From positions 4,595,026-4,648,840 of the forward strand of contig NC_057748.1 in assembly GCF_004010195.1 (NCBI RefSeq): a stretch of 53,815 nucleotides of DNA, read 5' to 3'. The notes under the pieces are model-generated. The model searched no databases and was not told where the DNA came from. It was given only the letters and a program-made list of their open reading frames with translations. The translations under genes and the position numbers were made by a program. The stretch is from Chiloscyllium plagiosum. Its lineage: Eukaryota. How positions within the stretch are numbered: the stretch's first letter is position 1; each line of letters opens with the position of its first letter. Positions 1-12,930 of the stretch are shown piece after piece.

Positions 1-1340
1 CACATGGCACGAAGCAGTTTTAGGAGGTGGCACTTATGAGATACAATTAAATGAAATATTTGGGATTGAAATGAAAGCAAATAGGAAGGTGTTTGTGGGC
101 TGTTGTTTTCGAATTAGCATAGGACAGGGAAAATGGGTAGAATTACTGGGTAATGAGATACAACCTTTCACCCCTCCTGATGATCCTAAAGTAGTAAAAA
201 TTATAGAGGTAAAGGATTTGAAACAGACCATCGAGATAGAGACTGGGTATGGGGATGCAAATGCCTGGGTTGAATGGGTAAAGTATACTGTAAAAAGTCT
301 GAACAAAAGCAATTGCTATGGATGTGCCTCCGGTAGGCCAGTGGCCCAGGTGGTTCCCTTTCCGCTTGGGTGGAAGAGAGACAGGAAGGGCATGAAATAT
401 ATGATAGGGAGGTACAATTCCTGATACAGGGCTATCTCTGATGTTTCCTCCCTTGGAGGAGAAAGATGCAAAAGTTCCCCCCACATTTTCCACCACAGTT
501 GGAAATCACACGTCATGTGTGCACAGGTGAGGTACAAGTCGGTCGAGACATTTGGGGGAAGCTGAAATTATGTACAGAGATTAAGAATGTTACCGAAACG
601 GAGAAGGGAGGGAACTACTCAGCATTAAAGGTTCCCCGAGCGGATCTCTGGAGGCAAAATATTGAGACCCACCCTACCTCCGGATTGGAAAGGGATATGC
701 GCAGTTGTACAATTGGCAATTCCATTTACCTTGGCATTTGAGAAGGAAAAGATAGTAGGGAAAAAGGGAAGGGGTAAGAGATTACTGTTAGACACTTCTT
801 TTGATGACAGGATTTATCTTGATTCGGTCGGAGTCCCTGGGGGAGTACCTGAATTCAACGCTCATAACCAGATTGCAGCAGGCTTTGAGTCAGCTCTCTT
901 TTGGTGGGCAACAATTAATAAAAATGTAGACTGGATAAATTACATTTTCTATCAATAGTGGTTTATAAGTTATAAAAGAGGCGGTTAAAGGAATATCAGA
1001 ACAGCTTGATGCAACAAGTAGGATGGCATGGGAAAACAGAATAGCCCTTGATATGATTTTAGCAGAGAAAGGGGGTGGTGGTTTTTAATCCTTACCTCCC
1101 CGATAGTAGTAGTCGGGGTATTGGTGGCCATTGGCTGTTGTGTCATACCCTGTATATGAGGGATCACCCAGAGGCTGATTTCACCAAGGCTGTTTCAACG
1201 AATGCCCCAGAGGGGAAATCAGACAGAGGAACTTTATCAACTAAATAATAAGGAGATGAGTGAGACGAAGATGGATGAAATCTCTGAAATGATGCTTGCG
1301 AATTTTGGGAACAATGTTGAAAAAAAAAAAGAAAAAATGT
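1..1340 (+). mobile_element. env: Endogenous retrovirus env pseudogene (class I / gamma-epsilon-like), frameshifted and internally deleted
   Basis: ORF 71..424 has an SU-type CxxC (SNCYGCASGRP). ORF 662..958 has a furin-like GRGKR followed by GVPGGVPEFNAHNQIAAGFESALFWWATINKNVDWINYIFY. MAWENRIALDMILAEKGG (about 1023-1076) resembles the immunosuppressive domain, and a hydrophobic TM-like stretch follows at about 1085-1155. Pieces lie in different frames with stops; the CX6CC region appears deleted. Confidence 0.88.
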
Positions 1341-1380
1341 AGAAGATAACAGATAGTAATGAAAAGAAAAAAGGGGAAAT

Positions 1381-1958
1381 TGTGGGATATAAATGAATTA
1401 TGTTATTTCTGCAAGTATAAATTCTGATACAGAACAGGAATGAGAAGATATATATTCAGCAAAAACAAAGGATATGTTAGCATGAGATGTGAATACAGAA
1501 CAATGGTGGATATGTGGGCAAACAGGAAAACATCTGTTTTCCTCGCTTGCAGAGACACAGGAACAAACCCTAGTCAAAGTGGCCTCTGGATGGAAATAGA
1601 TGCTGATAGGTTATTGATTAGGCATATCTTTTCTTCTACAGTAGACTGATGTCAAACACCCTTATGGGAGTTAGAGATAAGCGTTTGTCACGGACAAGAC
1701 AGGATAAACAGAAGTTGTGGGATCAGTCTTAAGGAAATGAGTGATGTAAGCGAAGCAGGGAACAGAGACAATAGAATAAGAAAAACATGGGAAAAAATAG
1801 TATAAATTGCAAGGGTTTTTTGGGATATACTGTGCATTTTGTCATTGCCTTACCTGGTAATGAGACAGGGCACCCACCTATAGGGGTATAAATAAATGGT
1901 GGATTCAGATATTTGTCTTGGACTGAAATTATTAAAGTGAGTGAGCTTTTGTTTCTCA
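1381..1958 (+). mobile_element. 3' LTR of the ERV
   Basis: Polypurine tract gaaaagaaaaaaggggaaa (1361-1379) lies just before TG at 1381. TATAAA at 1801 and AATAAA at 1891. Ends ...tttctCA at 1958, after which the sequence resumes similarity with the flank of ferritin copy 2 (about 9830 onward). Confidence 0.72.
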
Positions 1959-2575
1959 GGTAGTTTTACATGATCCACTAAATCAAATCATCAAAACAAA
2001 TTGCTGGAAAACACTCTGGTCTGAAAGTCTATTATTACAAAAATATTTCAGGTCCAGTGACTGTTCTTAATTGACCTCCCTCCACAGATGCTGCCAAATC
2101 CAAGCTTTTCCTAGGTTTCCAGCAGCCAGTTTTGTTGCTTCTACTTAAAAAACCTTGAAGCATTGCTAGGAGAGTACACCAGTCGTCATGTTTAGATTGG
2201 GAAGAGATTTCAAACTATTGACTAAAGGCTGTTGCTGCAAAGTGGTCCCAGTGAGTACAGGCAGATAGTGAGCATTGCTTACAAGCAAAAAAGCTCAAGC
2301 AGTTGTGAAATTTCCAATTATGAGATTTGCTCACATACCAAAATCTCCAGAATAAAAACAATGAGCAAGTTACTAGGACAAGCATTGAAACAAGATTGAG
2401 AGAAAAAAAAAAGGATTTCATGATCAGATGTTAAACAGCAAAAACCCAAGAACCAAATGAAGCTAAAGTACTCAGTTCTGTCATGAACACAATTTTAATT
2501 TTGTGCCAATCACAACCAAAGTCATCCACTAGAATGAAGTCACCATGTCCAACAAATGGAGTTCTTGAATCCCAC

Positions 2576-4854
<2,279 letters not shown>

Positions 4855-5035
4855 TTTCACTATTCCTATTCACTATCACCTAGACAACTCCAAAACTGAA
4901 CCTCACTCCCTCAAGCTCTTGTATTTATCCTCCTGGGACACCCTGCACTCAAACAGGGAGAGATAGCACCAATGATGATTGACAATCCCTGACAGCCAAT
5001 CAGGAATCACCCATGAACATAGGCCCCCAATGAGA
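4855..5035 (-). promoter_or_regulatory. Ferritin copy 1 core promoter and short 5'UTR
   Basis: Minus-strand GGATAAATAC TATA-like box (4930-4921) with Inr-like TCAGTT downstream. CCAAT boxes on + at 4969, 4996 (AGCCAATCAG, NF-Y consensus) and 5027. The module is conserved before all seven exon-1 copies. Confidence 0.75.
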
Positions 5036-5399
5036 GAGAGGGGGTGGGTGTGTGAACCAGAACTGACCAGAGGTGTAGATTAGAGTCAGGTCTGGATGAT
5101 TATTCTGTGATTGGAACAGCAGGAGGTCACTCAGCAGCATCTCAATCAGGTCACTGTGAGTTTGTGTCCTTTTGAAAGAAATAGGTTTGGATTAGGAAAG
5201 GTTTCCAAGTTTTCTTTTAAAATAAACTTTGTTGTAACCAACTGCAAGAGGGGCTCAATGAAGGAGAGGAGTCAGTTTCTCAGCCTGTTGTGTTGGAAAT
5301 GGGAGAGAAAGGTGGGAAATTGGCGCTGGGACAAGGCAACTGTAACAGGAGCAGATGGGGCAGAGACTGGAAAATGTTCCCAATGGCGAAGAGTTCAGA

Positions 5400-5680
5400 A
5401 TACAGGGTGGAGTCACAGTGTAGTGACACAGGATAGACTGTTCAGAACTGAGAAGAGGAGAAAGGTCTTCACCCAGAGAGTGGGGAGTCTGTGGAATTCT
5501 CTGCCACAGAAAGTGGTTGAGGCCAAAATATTGAATGTTTTCAAGAAGGAGTTAGATATAGTTCTTAGGGCTATCGGGATCAAAGTGCAAGGGGAGGGTG
5601 TGGAAAGATGGAATTGAGCTAGATGATCAGCTACAATCATATGGAATGGCCGACTCCCATTCCTTTTTTTCTCCAATTCT
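5400..5680 (+). mobile_element. CR1/L2 LINE 3'-end fragment
   Basis: Translates RRKVFTQRVGSLWNSLPQKVVEA...FKKELD, the CR1-type ORF2 C-terminus. A paralogous copy lies at about 13280-13555. Confidence 0.8.
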
Positions 5681-5939
5681 ATGTTTCAATAACCTGGGTA
5701 GTAAGGGTCTTGTGGCACAGAGGTAGTGTCCCTTTGTCTGGGCCAGGTGGTCTAGGTACAAGACCGTACCTGCTCCAGAGGTGTCTGATAACATCTCTGG
5801 ACAGGTTCATAAGGAAACAACCAGAGCTGATGCAGGCCCAATAGACCGAATGGCCTCCTCCTGTGCCATAACAATTCTGTGATTCTGTGGATGATCTGCA
5901 TCTGAACAGTGTTTCCCTGCCTCTATCTCCTGACTGACC

Positions 5940-6300
5940 TTTCTGTGGATTGTCACCTCGCTGTGATGGAGAGCCTCGAGTGTCCCGTTGATTCTGAGAG
6001 CGATACCTCAAGAGGTTTCCACCTCCTGACAGGACCACCCAGGATGGTAAGGTCAGAGGGTAGGATCCTGATAAAGTGCAATGCAAAACAAGTCCTCAAT
6101 GGCCAACCCTTCCAGGAGAAGATATTTGTGTGCAATCTACGAGGGTGGGTAAAGGCTACAGCAGGAGGGAGATCCCAAATCAACATTTCCTTGCTACTTG
6201 ATCTGGATTTTCCTTCTGTAAAGGACTGTATCTGTGCTGATGTACAACAGCATTCCCATGTTAAACAATGCTCTGTACACGGTGTCCACCTGGAGGATTC
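5940..6300 (+). mobile_element. Probable RTE-clade LINE 5'UTR fragment
   Basis: tcacctcgctgtgatggagagcctcgagtgtccc...ggaccacccaggatggtaaggtcagaggg...ctgataaagtgcaatgc resembles RTE/BovB-type 5'UTRs from memory, not from a search. Duplicated at about 13620-13980. No frame is consistently open in both copies. Confidence 0.45.
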
Positions 6301-6886
6301 CAACCCCTTCCCCAAACGCACTGACTTTCCAGTGTTGACAGTCAGAGGATTTTACAGAAGGAGGCCATTCAAGCCTCTCATGTCTGTACTCACTCTTGAA
6401 AGAGCTATCCAGCTAGTCCCAGTCTCCAGCCCTATCTCCATAGCCCTCTAACTTCATCCCTTTCAGTATCTATCCAGCTCTCTTTTGAAACCTCCTATGG
6501 AATCCAGCTCCCCCACTCTCCCAGACAGCAAATTCCAAATCCTAGGAAAGAAGTTTCTCCTCATCTCACTCCAAGTTCTTTGCTGACTGATTGTGACCCC
6601 TAGTTACTGACATACCAACTGTTGAAAACAGAACATCCTCCTTTACCCTGTCAAAATTGGTCATAATTTTGAACTCCTCAATAAGATCACCTCTTAATAT
6701 CCTCTGCTCCAACAAGAATAATCTCAATTCCTTTAATCATTCCTTGTATCTAAAATCCCTCACTCCTGGTATCATTCTCCTAAATCTCTTTTGCACTCTC
6801 CCCTGGGCTTTAATATCCTTCCTTGAATTAAGGTGTCCAGAACTGAACACAATACTGTAAATGTGGTCTGACCAATGATTTGTAGA

Positions 6887-7067
6887 GGAGAAAGTGAGGT
6901 CTGCAGATGCTGGAGATCAGAGCTGAAAATGTGTTGCTGGAAAAGCGCAGCAGGTCAGGCAGCATCCAGGGAACAGGAGAATCGACGTTTCGGGCATAAG
7001 CCCTTCCTGAAGAAGGGCTTATGCCCGAAACGTCGATTCTCCTGTTCCCTGGATGCTGCCTGACCTG
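6887..7067 (+). mobile_element. Penelope-like terminal-repeat derived hairpin element with 14-bp target-site duplication
   Basis: caatgatttgtaga occurs at 6873-6886 and 7068-7081, but only once at the paralogous empty site (about 14542-14555). Contains a perfect 57-bp inverted repeat, 6950-7006 / 7012-7068. Confidence 0.8.
7004..7037 (+). ncRNA. Minimal hammerhead ribozyme core motif (Penelope type)
   Basis: CTGAAGA (7007-7013), A, stem II GGGC-ttat-GCCC, GAAA (7027-7030), CGTC. Predicted cleavage triplet GUC ends at 7034. Stem I is very short. Confidence 0.6.
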
Positions 7068-8170
7068 CAATGATTTGTAGAAGTGAACAATCATTCATCT
7101 GCTTTGATGTCTCTCTTTAAGAACATAAGGATCCTATAAGCCTCCTTAGCAACTGTTTTATCTTCTCTGGCCACCTTCAGAGAATCATTTACTTGAACCC
7201 CCGAGGTCCCTCTACCCCTGTATGCCCCTCAGTTGTTCCATTGGAGCCTGCATTGACTCTCCTACCAAATGCATTACATCAGATTTCTCTGCGTTGAGAT
7301 TCATAAATAATTGCCAACGTCAAATCCTGCCCTTTAAAAATGTAATAATATTAGTTATCAAATCTTCAATTTGTCTGGTGTGCAGATGTGGGTGTACCAT
7401 GCACATGTGTATTTTTGTGTGCTTGCGCCTGTGTGCGTGTTTAGGTGTGTGAGCATCCACTATCCTTCCTGTGCAGAAGCTGTTCGTAACATTATCCCAG
7501 ACAATTTAGTTCTAATGTGAAGGTTCTAATCCCATTCCACATCCTTAGTTCTATTTGACCCATTGAGAAGAAATAGTTCCCCTGTATCTACTGTCAAATC
7601 CATTTATCTTCATAAGAATTTCAGTTACACTCATCCCTTAACTTTCTACCCTGAGGATTGTGGGCAAACTGTTGATGTCATTTAACCAGCTCTTTATCTC
7701 GGAGTTTATTCAGAAATTCGGGGCTGCACCGTCTCTGCCTGAACTGAGCACTCGAGATGTGGTTGAACCAGAATTTGACACTTTTACAAAGAACCTTCAT
7801 CCAGAGGGATTTGAACCTCTTTCAGATCAGGACTAATATTAAATTAGTTCCTTTGCTTTGTGTTTTTACGTCAGTTCACTACATTTCTATCCAATTGTCT
7901 GAATAATTTCATTTTGATCATTAGTTTTGATGCCACAGCAGAAGATGTCACCATTTATAAAACACTGTGCATTGTTTTTCTTGGTCAGAAGTGGATCACT
8001 TTCCACTTCCCCTCACTGTCCTGTATCTGCCAGTCTTGCCCACTCCATTAAACTTTGCAACATTCTGCTCTCATGGTAATGTGCCACCTGATGTAGAGTC
8101 ATCATTTGATTGATGGCCCTTCATTGATAACACTTACGAATCTCATGAAACGTTATGGCTCCCAGTGCAT

Positions 8171-8460
8171 CTCCTTAGGGAAAGTAATCAGATCTTGGTA
8201 TTTTTAATTCACTCCCTGGCTGAGGGTGCTGGTGGCTAGGCCAGCATTTATTGCCCATCTTTAATTACCCTTGTCAAGGTGGTGATGATTTGCTTTCTTG
8301 AATTACTGCTGTTTCTCCTTAGGGAAAGTAATCAGATCTTGGTATTTTTAATTCACTCCCTGGCTGAGGGTGCTGGTGGCTAGGCCAGCATTTATTGCCC
8401 ATCTTTAACTACCCTTGTCAAGGTGGTGGTGATGATTTGCTTTCTTGAATCACTGCTGTT
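8171..8460. repeat. Direct tandem duplication, 144-bp period, 2 copies
   Basis: ctccttagggaaagtaatcagatcttgg... starts at 8171 and again at 8315. The copies differ by a few substitutions and a 3-nt indel, and overlap the end of a minus-strand SINE-like element. Confidence 0.92.
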
Positions 8461-10460
8461 GTCTATTTGGTGGAGGTAGACCCACAATCCTGTTTGGGAG
8501 GGAATCCAGGATTTTGACTCAGCAACAGGGGAAGAACAGTGACATGTTCCCAAGTTAAAATGGTGAGTGGCTTGGAGAAAAAATTGCAGGGGGTGGTATT
8601 CCTATGTAGCTGTTGCCCTTCACGATGGAAGTGGTCATAGGGTTGGAATATGTAGTCTAAGGAGCTTTGATCAATTCCTACAGCATTTGGTAGCTGGTAC
8701 ACCTTGCAGTTGCTAAGTGTCAGTGGGTGGAAGGAATGAATGTTGGTGGCTATTGTACTGAGAAAGGGGGCTGCTTTGAACTGGAAGGTGTCAAGATCCT
8801 TGAGTGTTGTTGGTACATTCCCCACTGTGACTCTGACACCCCCCCTCCCCAAACCAATTCCCCACCCACAATCAGCATTTCCATCTCCCCCCAGTGATCA
8901 TGTATGATTTCCTGTCAATGACATCATTAAGGTGGCAGCTTTGGCTTTTCACAGCTAATATCTATCCTCCACACTGGGAACCACCCCCTCCAAGCTGATG
9001 CACATAACTAAATCCATAGTAGTCTTATCACATTGAGCATCAGTTCCAATATCAACATTCAGACCCTGGTCAAGCCTGCAAAATGGATCATCTCAGTTTG
9101 CACAGTGGGAGATTGGAAAAGAACATTTGACCTCATGGTGGGTGCAAATTTAAATCACAATGTGAATTTTCAATCCCCAATAGTATTGAAGATGTGTAAA
9201 GCTCCAAAGCTTACATTTGTACTTCTGCAGAAGAACATTTTACATGGAAAATAGTGTCTCTTCTGCCCCAGAAAAGCACCTGCCCCATTTCTCTCAGTTC
9301 AAGCTGTTAAAAACTAAACTGCTCTACCATCTTCTGAAGACAGAGCTACTTTATGTCCTCCTTACTCTATTGTGAGCCAAGCATCCCAAGCAAGGTCAGT
9401 ATTAGTCGCCTATAACATTGGCCTGCATAAGACTCCACACCCAGTACTGGTGATAAAAATGAGAGCTGATTTCCTCCAAGTTAAGGAAACAATTTGGAAC
9501 AGATTCCCAAAAATGCTACTTAGGTCCTATAGCTTGAGTACGTGAAGCCTCTGCAGTGCTAGACTAGTTTTTAAAAAAAAGAATTGCTACATTTGTCCCA
9601 CATGGGTTAAAGTAGGCACTGCTGCATTTCCTCATGTAGAGGATAGTTATTCGCTAAGCAGACTGATGCTAATCAAAAGCAGAATCTCCATTCTCCAGCA
9701 TGGAACATGTGGATGAGAGAAATAGTTTCCAACTTGGAAACCATATAGCAGTCAACTATTACAAAAGGTAGTATACCTTTGAGCACAATATTTAACATTT
9801 TTATTGCAAAGGGATAGCTTTAGAATCTGATTTTTTAGTTGATTATCTAAGCATTAAAAACAAATTGCTGGAAAACTCAGGTCTGACAACTTCCGTTACA
9901 GGAAAGTAAATATTACAGGTCCAGTGACTGTTCTTAACTGACTACACTCCAGATACCGCCAAACCAGGTTTTACCAGCAGTGTTTCTTCCTGATTTCCAG
10001 TAGCCAGTAGTTTTTGCTTCAATTTTAAAAACCTAAGCATCATTTGCAGAGTGCGTTAGTTGTGTCAAGCATTTAGATTGAGAAATAGTTTCAAACTATT
10101 GAATAGAGGCTGTTACTGCAAAACAGTGAGTATAGACAGAGTGAGCATTGCTTACAAGCCAAAACACTAAACAGTTGTGGAATTTCCAATTATGAGAGTT
10201 GCTCACTCACTCCAAGTCTCTCCACACAGCAGAATAAAACATTGAGCAAATTATTGGGACAAGCACTGAAACAAGGTCGAGTGAGAAGGATTTAGTGATC
10301 AGATGGTTAACAGCAGAAACCCAAGAACCGAGTGAAGTTAGGAAGTGACAAAGTACTCAGTTCCACAATGAACACTATTTTAATTTTGTGCAGAGCACAA
10401 CCAAAGTCATCCACTAGAATGAAGTCACCATGTCCAACAAATGGAGTTCTTGAATCCCAC

Positions 10461-12763
10461 TCAGCTCAGGGTGAGCCTGTCAAACAGGTACTCTCCCAGG
10501 CCATTCTCAGGGGCTCCCAGTCTCTTCAGGTTGGTGATGTGATCTCCCAGCTTCTTGATCATCTTCACTTGCTCATCCAAGTAGTGCCTCTCCAGGAAGT
10601 CACACAGCTGGAACAGGAGACAAAGATTAACCTCAAGGAACAAACCATGCACCTGAATGTAACATCCCATTACAGATGTGACCATGACCACCACACTGTG
10701 GTGAGGGAGAGGTGCACTCTGGGATGCCTGTTGAAATGTTAATGTTTTCAGTCTGCAGGAGACAGGAAGATAATTGATCCCCCAGGAGTACACAAACTGA
10801 TCATTTCCTTCCAGGTTTTTGAAAGGAAAAAAAAATGAAGAACTCACATGAGGGTCAATGTGGCCAGAGGAGAGTTTGTGCAGATCCAGCAGACTCTGGT
10901 TCACATCCTTCTCCATCTGCAGAGCTCTCTGCATTGCCTTCAGACCATTGCCCCACTCATCCTGCTCTGGCTTCTGAAAGAAGGGAAGTCAGGAGAGAAA
11001 AAAACCCAGCTCATTATATACAGGTGTATCACATGCTAAATCTGATCAGTTAATTATCCCCAAACATTGCAGGAGTTAGATTTCAGGCCAATTGTTTTAC
11101 TGACACCTTTGGATTTCACTGTTCTTAGAGCTTAAGAAATTTTAGAAACATATACTGTGAAAAGGGCATTTTAAAAGAGAACTATAATCCAAAAGTATCT
11201 AAAAATATGCACCAATGGTGGTAATTCCTTGCTGTACTGTTCTATCCCTTTGGATCCTATTGAGCAGCCCATTAGAAACATCTTGGAGATGCAGAAAGGA
11301 GATGCTGCTACCTTCCACCACTATGGATTTTCTCATTAGATTAGATTAGATTAGATTACAGTGTGGAAACAGGCCCTTCGGCCCAACAAGTCCACATCAT
11401 TCTTCCATGGGAATGTTGCTCTCCATCCAGTATTCTGGAGCATCCCAATTGCCTATTGCTGTTTCACAAGTGTAAACAAATTGCTTTATTTCAATTCATT
11501 GAATTGGAGGTTGCTCACCAAGACAAACAGCATTTAATTGAGACTAAACAGATTGAGTGATACTAGTCAGTTGGCATTCACAACTGAAATCTTCAAAGTT
11601 TGCAGAAGCTAACCTTGACATCCTGCAGGAGGACTCGGCCTTCACGCTTATTCTGGAATTCCATCAGTTTCTCAGTGTGTTCCCGTTCCTCATGGGACTG
11701 CTCCTTGAAGAACTCAGCAAAGTGACGCAGGGCAACACCATCCCGGTCAAAGTAAGAGGACTGCAAGTGGAGATAAAGTGGGAAGCAAATCTCAATCTCA
11801 TCCATGGCTCAATCAGAAAATAACCCATTCACCATATTGATTTCACTATCAGTTAGTTGAAGTTAGAGTGTGACAAAAGCAGAAAGTCATCATCACCTGT
11901 GGATTGTGGCCCAAGGAGCAGACATTACATTGCTCTTTCAGAAATTAATAATAAAAAGATTACAACCCTTGGCCTGTAACTTAGTGTGCTAGTGTAGCAT
12001 AGTACTGTGAAGGTCCCAATTGGGTACAGCTGTTAGACATCTCCGCACAGAAACCCTCTTGCTCAGTGCTGGAACCACTGAGGTCATTGATCAACTGAAA
12101 CTCAGAACAGAAACATATTGACTAACAGAGGTAGAAATCTCAGTCAGCTACCTCATTACCAACCTCACCTACCTGAATAACCAGTGATCTACCATCTACT
12201 TTGCACAGATGTCTGACTGTGCTATATAGATAATTCACATTTCAAGTGAATTCACCTTTCCTCATTCAGTAGTAGTGAAACAGACACAGACAGCAGCTTT
12301 GTTATTTGGGCAGCTTTTAAAAACACCATGTTTGGTTTAGAGAAAGTTTTTTGAAAAAAAGTTGGTTATAACCAGCTAAACAAATAAGATAATACCTGCC
12401 TCTGCAGTCAGGAGGGTAATCACCAGTGGCAACACTGAAGAGTGACAATAAACTGGGGACCCTTAAAGGGCCAGTTATAATTTAAGGAAGGCCTAAAATT
12501 TCAATAGTTTCAGGGTGAAGTGTGTCCAGGGAAGGTGACAAGGACAACAGTCTCTATATATAGTTTGCTCAAGCATATAACCAAGGAAATTCCTAGATGA
12601 TCTGTACGGTTATTTCACAGTCTTAACTTTAAAATAGAATCCTCAAAACCACAAGGCTTACCATGGAGAGGTAAACATAGGAGGAATAGAGCTCCAGGTT
12701 GATCTGCTTGTTAACAGCATCCTCACAGTCCTTGTGGTAGTTCTGACACACTTAGGAGGCTAT
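10461..12763 (-). pseudogene. Ferritin copy 2, pseudogene (start codon lost plus nonsense mutation)
   Basis: Exons 12763-12662, 11760-11614, 10973-10848, 10607-10461 with intact splice sites. Exon 1 begins ATA GCC TCC TAA instead of ATG GCC TCC CAA. Private missense changes: DRDG, EHTEK, KREGR, GLKAM. Confidence 0.9.
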
Positions 12764-12930
12764 CTTCACTATCACGCAGACAACTCTAGAAGTGAATCTC
12801 TTTCACCCTAGCTCTTGCATTTATCCTCCTGGGATATCCTGCACACAACCAGGGAGGGGTATCACCAATGATGATTGACAATCCCTGACAGCCAATCAGG
12901 AATCACCTATGAATGTAGGCCCCCAATGAG
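12764..12930 (-). promoter_or_regulatory. Ferritin copy 2 promoter module
   Basis: Same three-CCAAT layout as copy 1. The TATA-like box is altered to GATAAATGC. Confidence 0.6.

Larger units (their letters stand above)
6345..7310 (-). mobile_element. CR1/L2 LINE fragment, interrupted by a Penelope-type hairpin element
   Basis: Minus strand gives YKSLVRPHLQYCVQFWTP. The paralog at about 14025-14780 lacks the insertion. Confidence 0.75.

Noticed and set aside
1-1340. Possible domesticated (syncytin-like) env gene
   Set aside because: Multiple frameshifts, stops and loss of the CX6CC region rule out an intact protein.
5679-6451. Overlapping 120-180 aa ORFs conserved in the duplicate at 13451-14127
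   Set aside because: Frames are broken differently in the two copies and there is no recognisable domain or splice structure. A repeat fragment carried by the segmental duplication explains them better.
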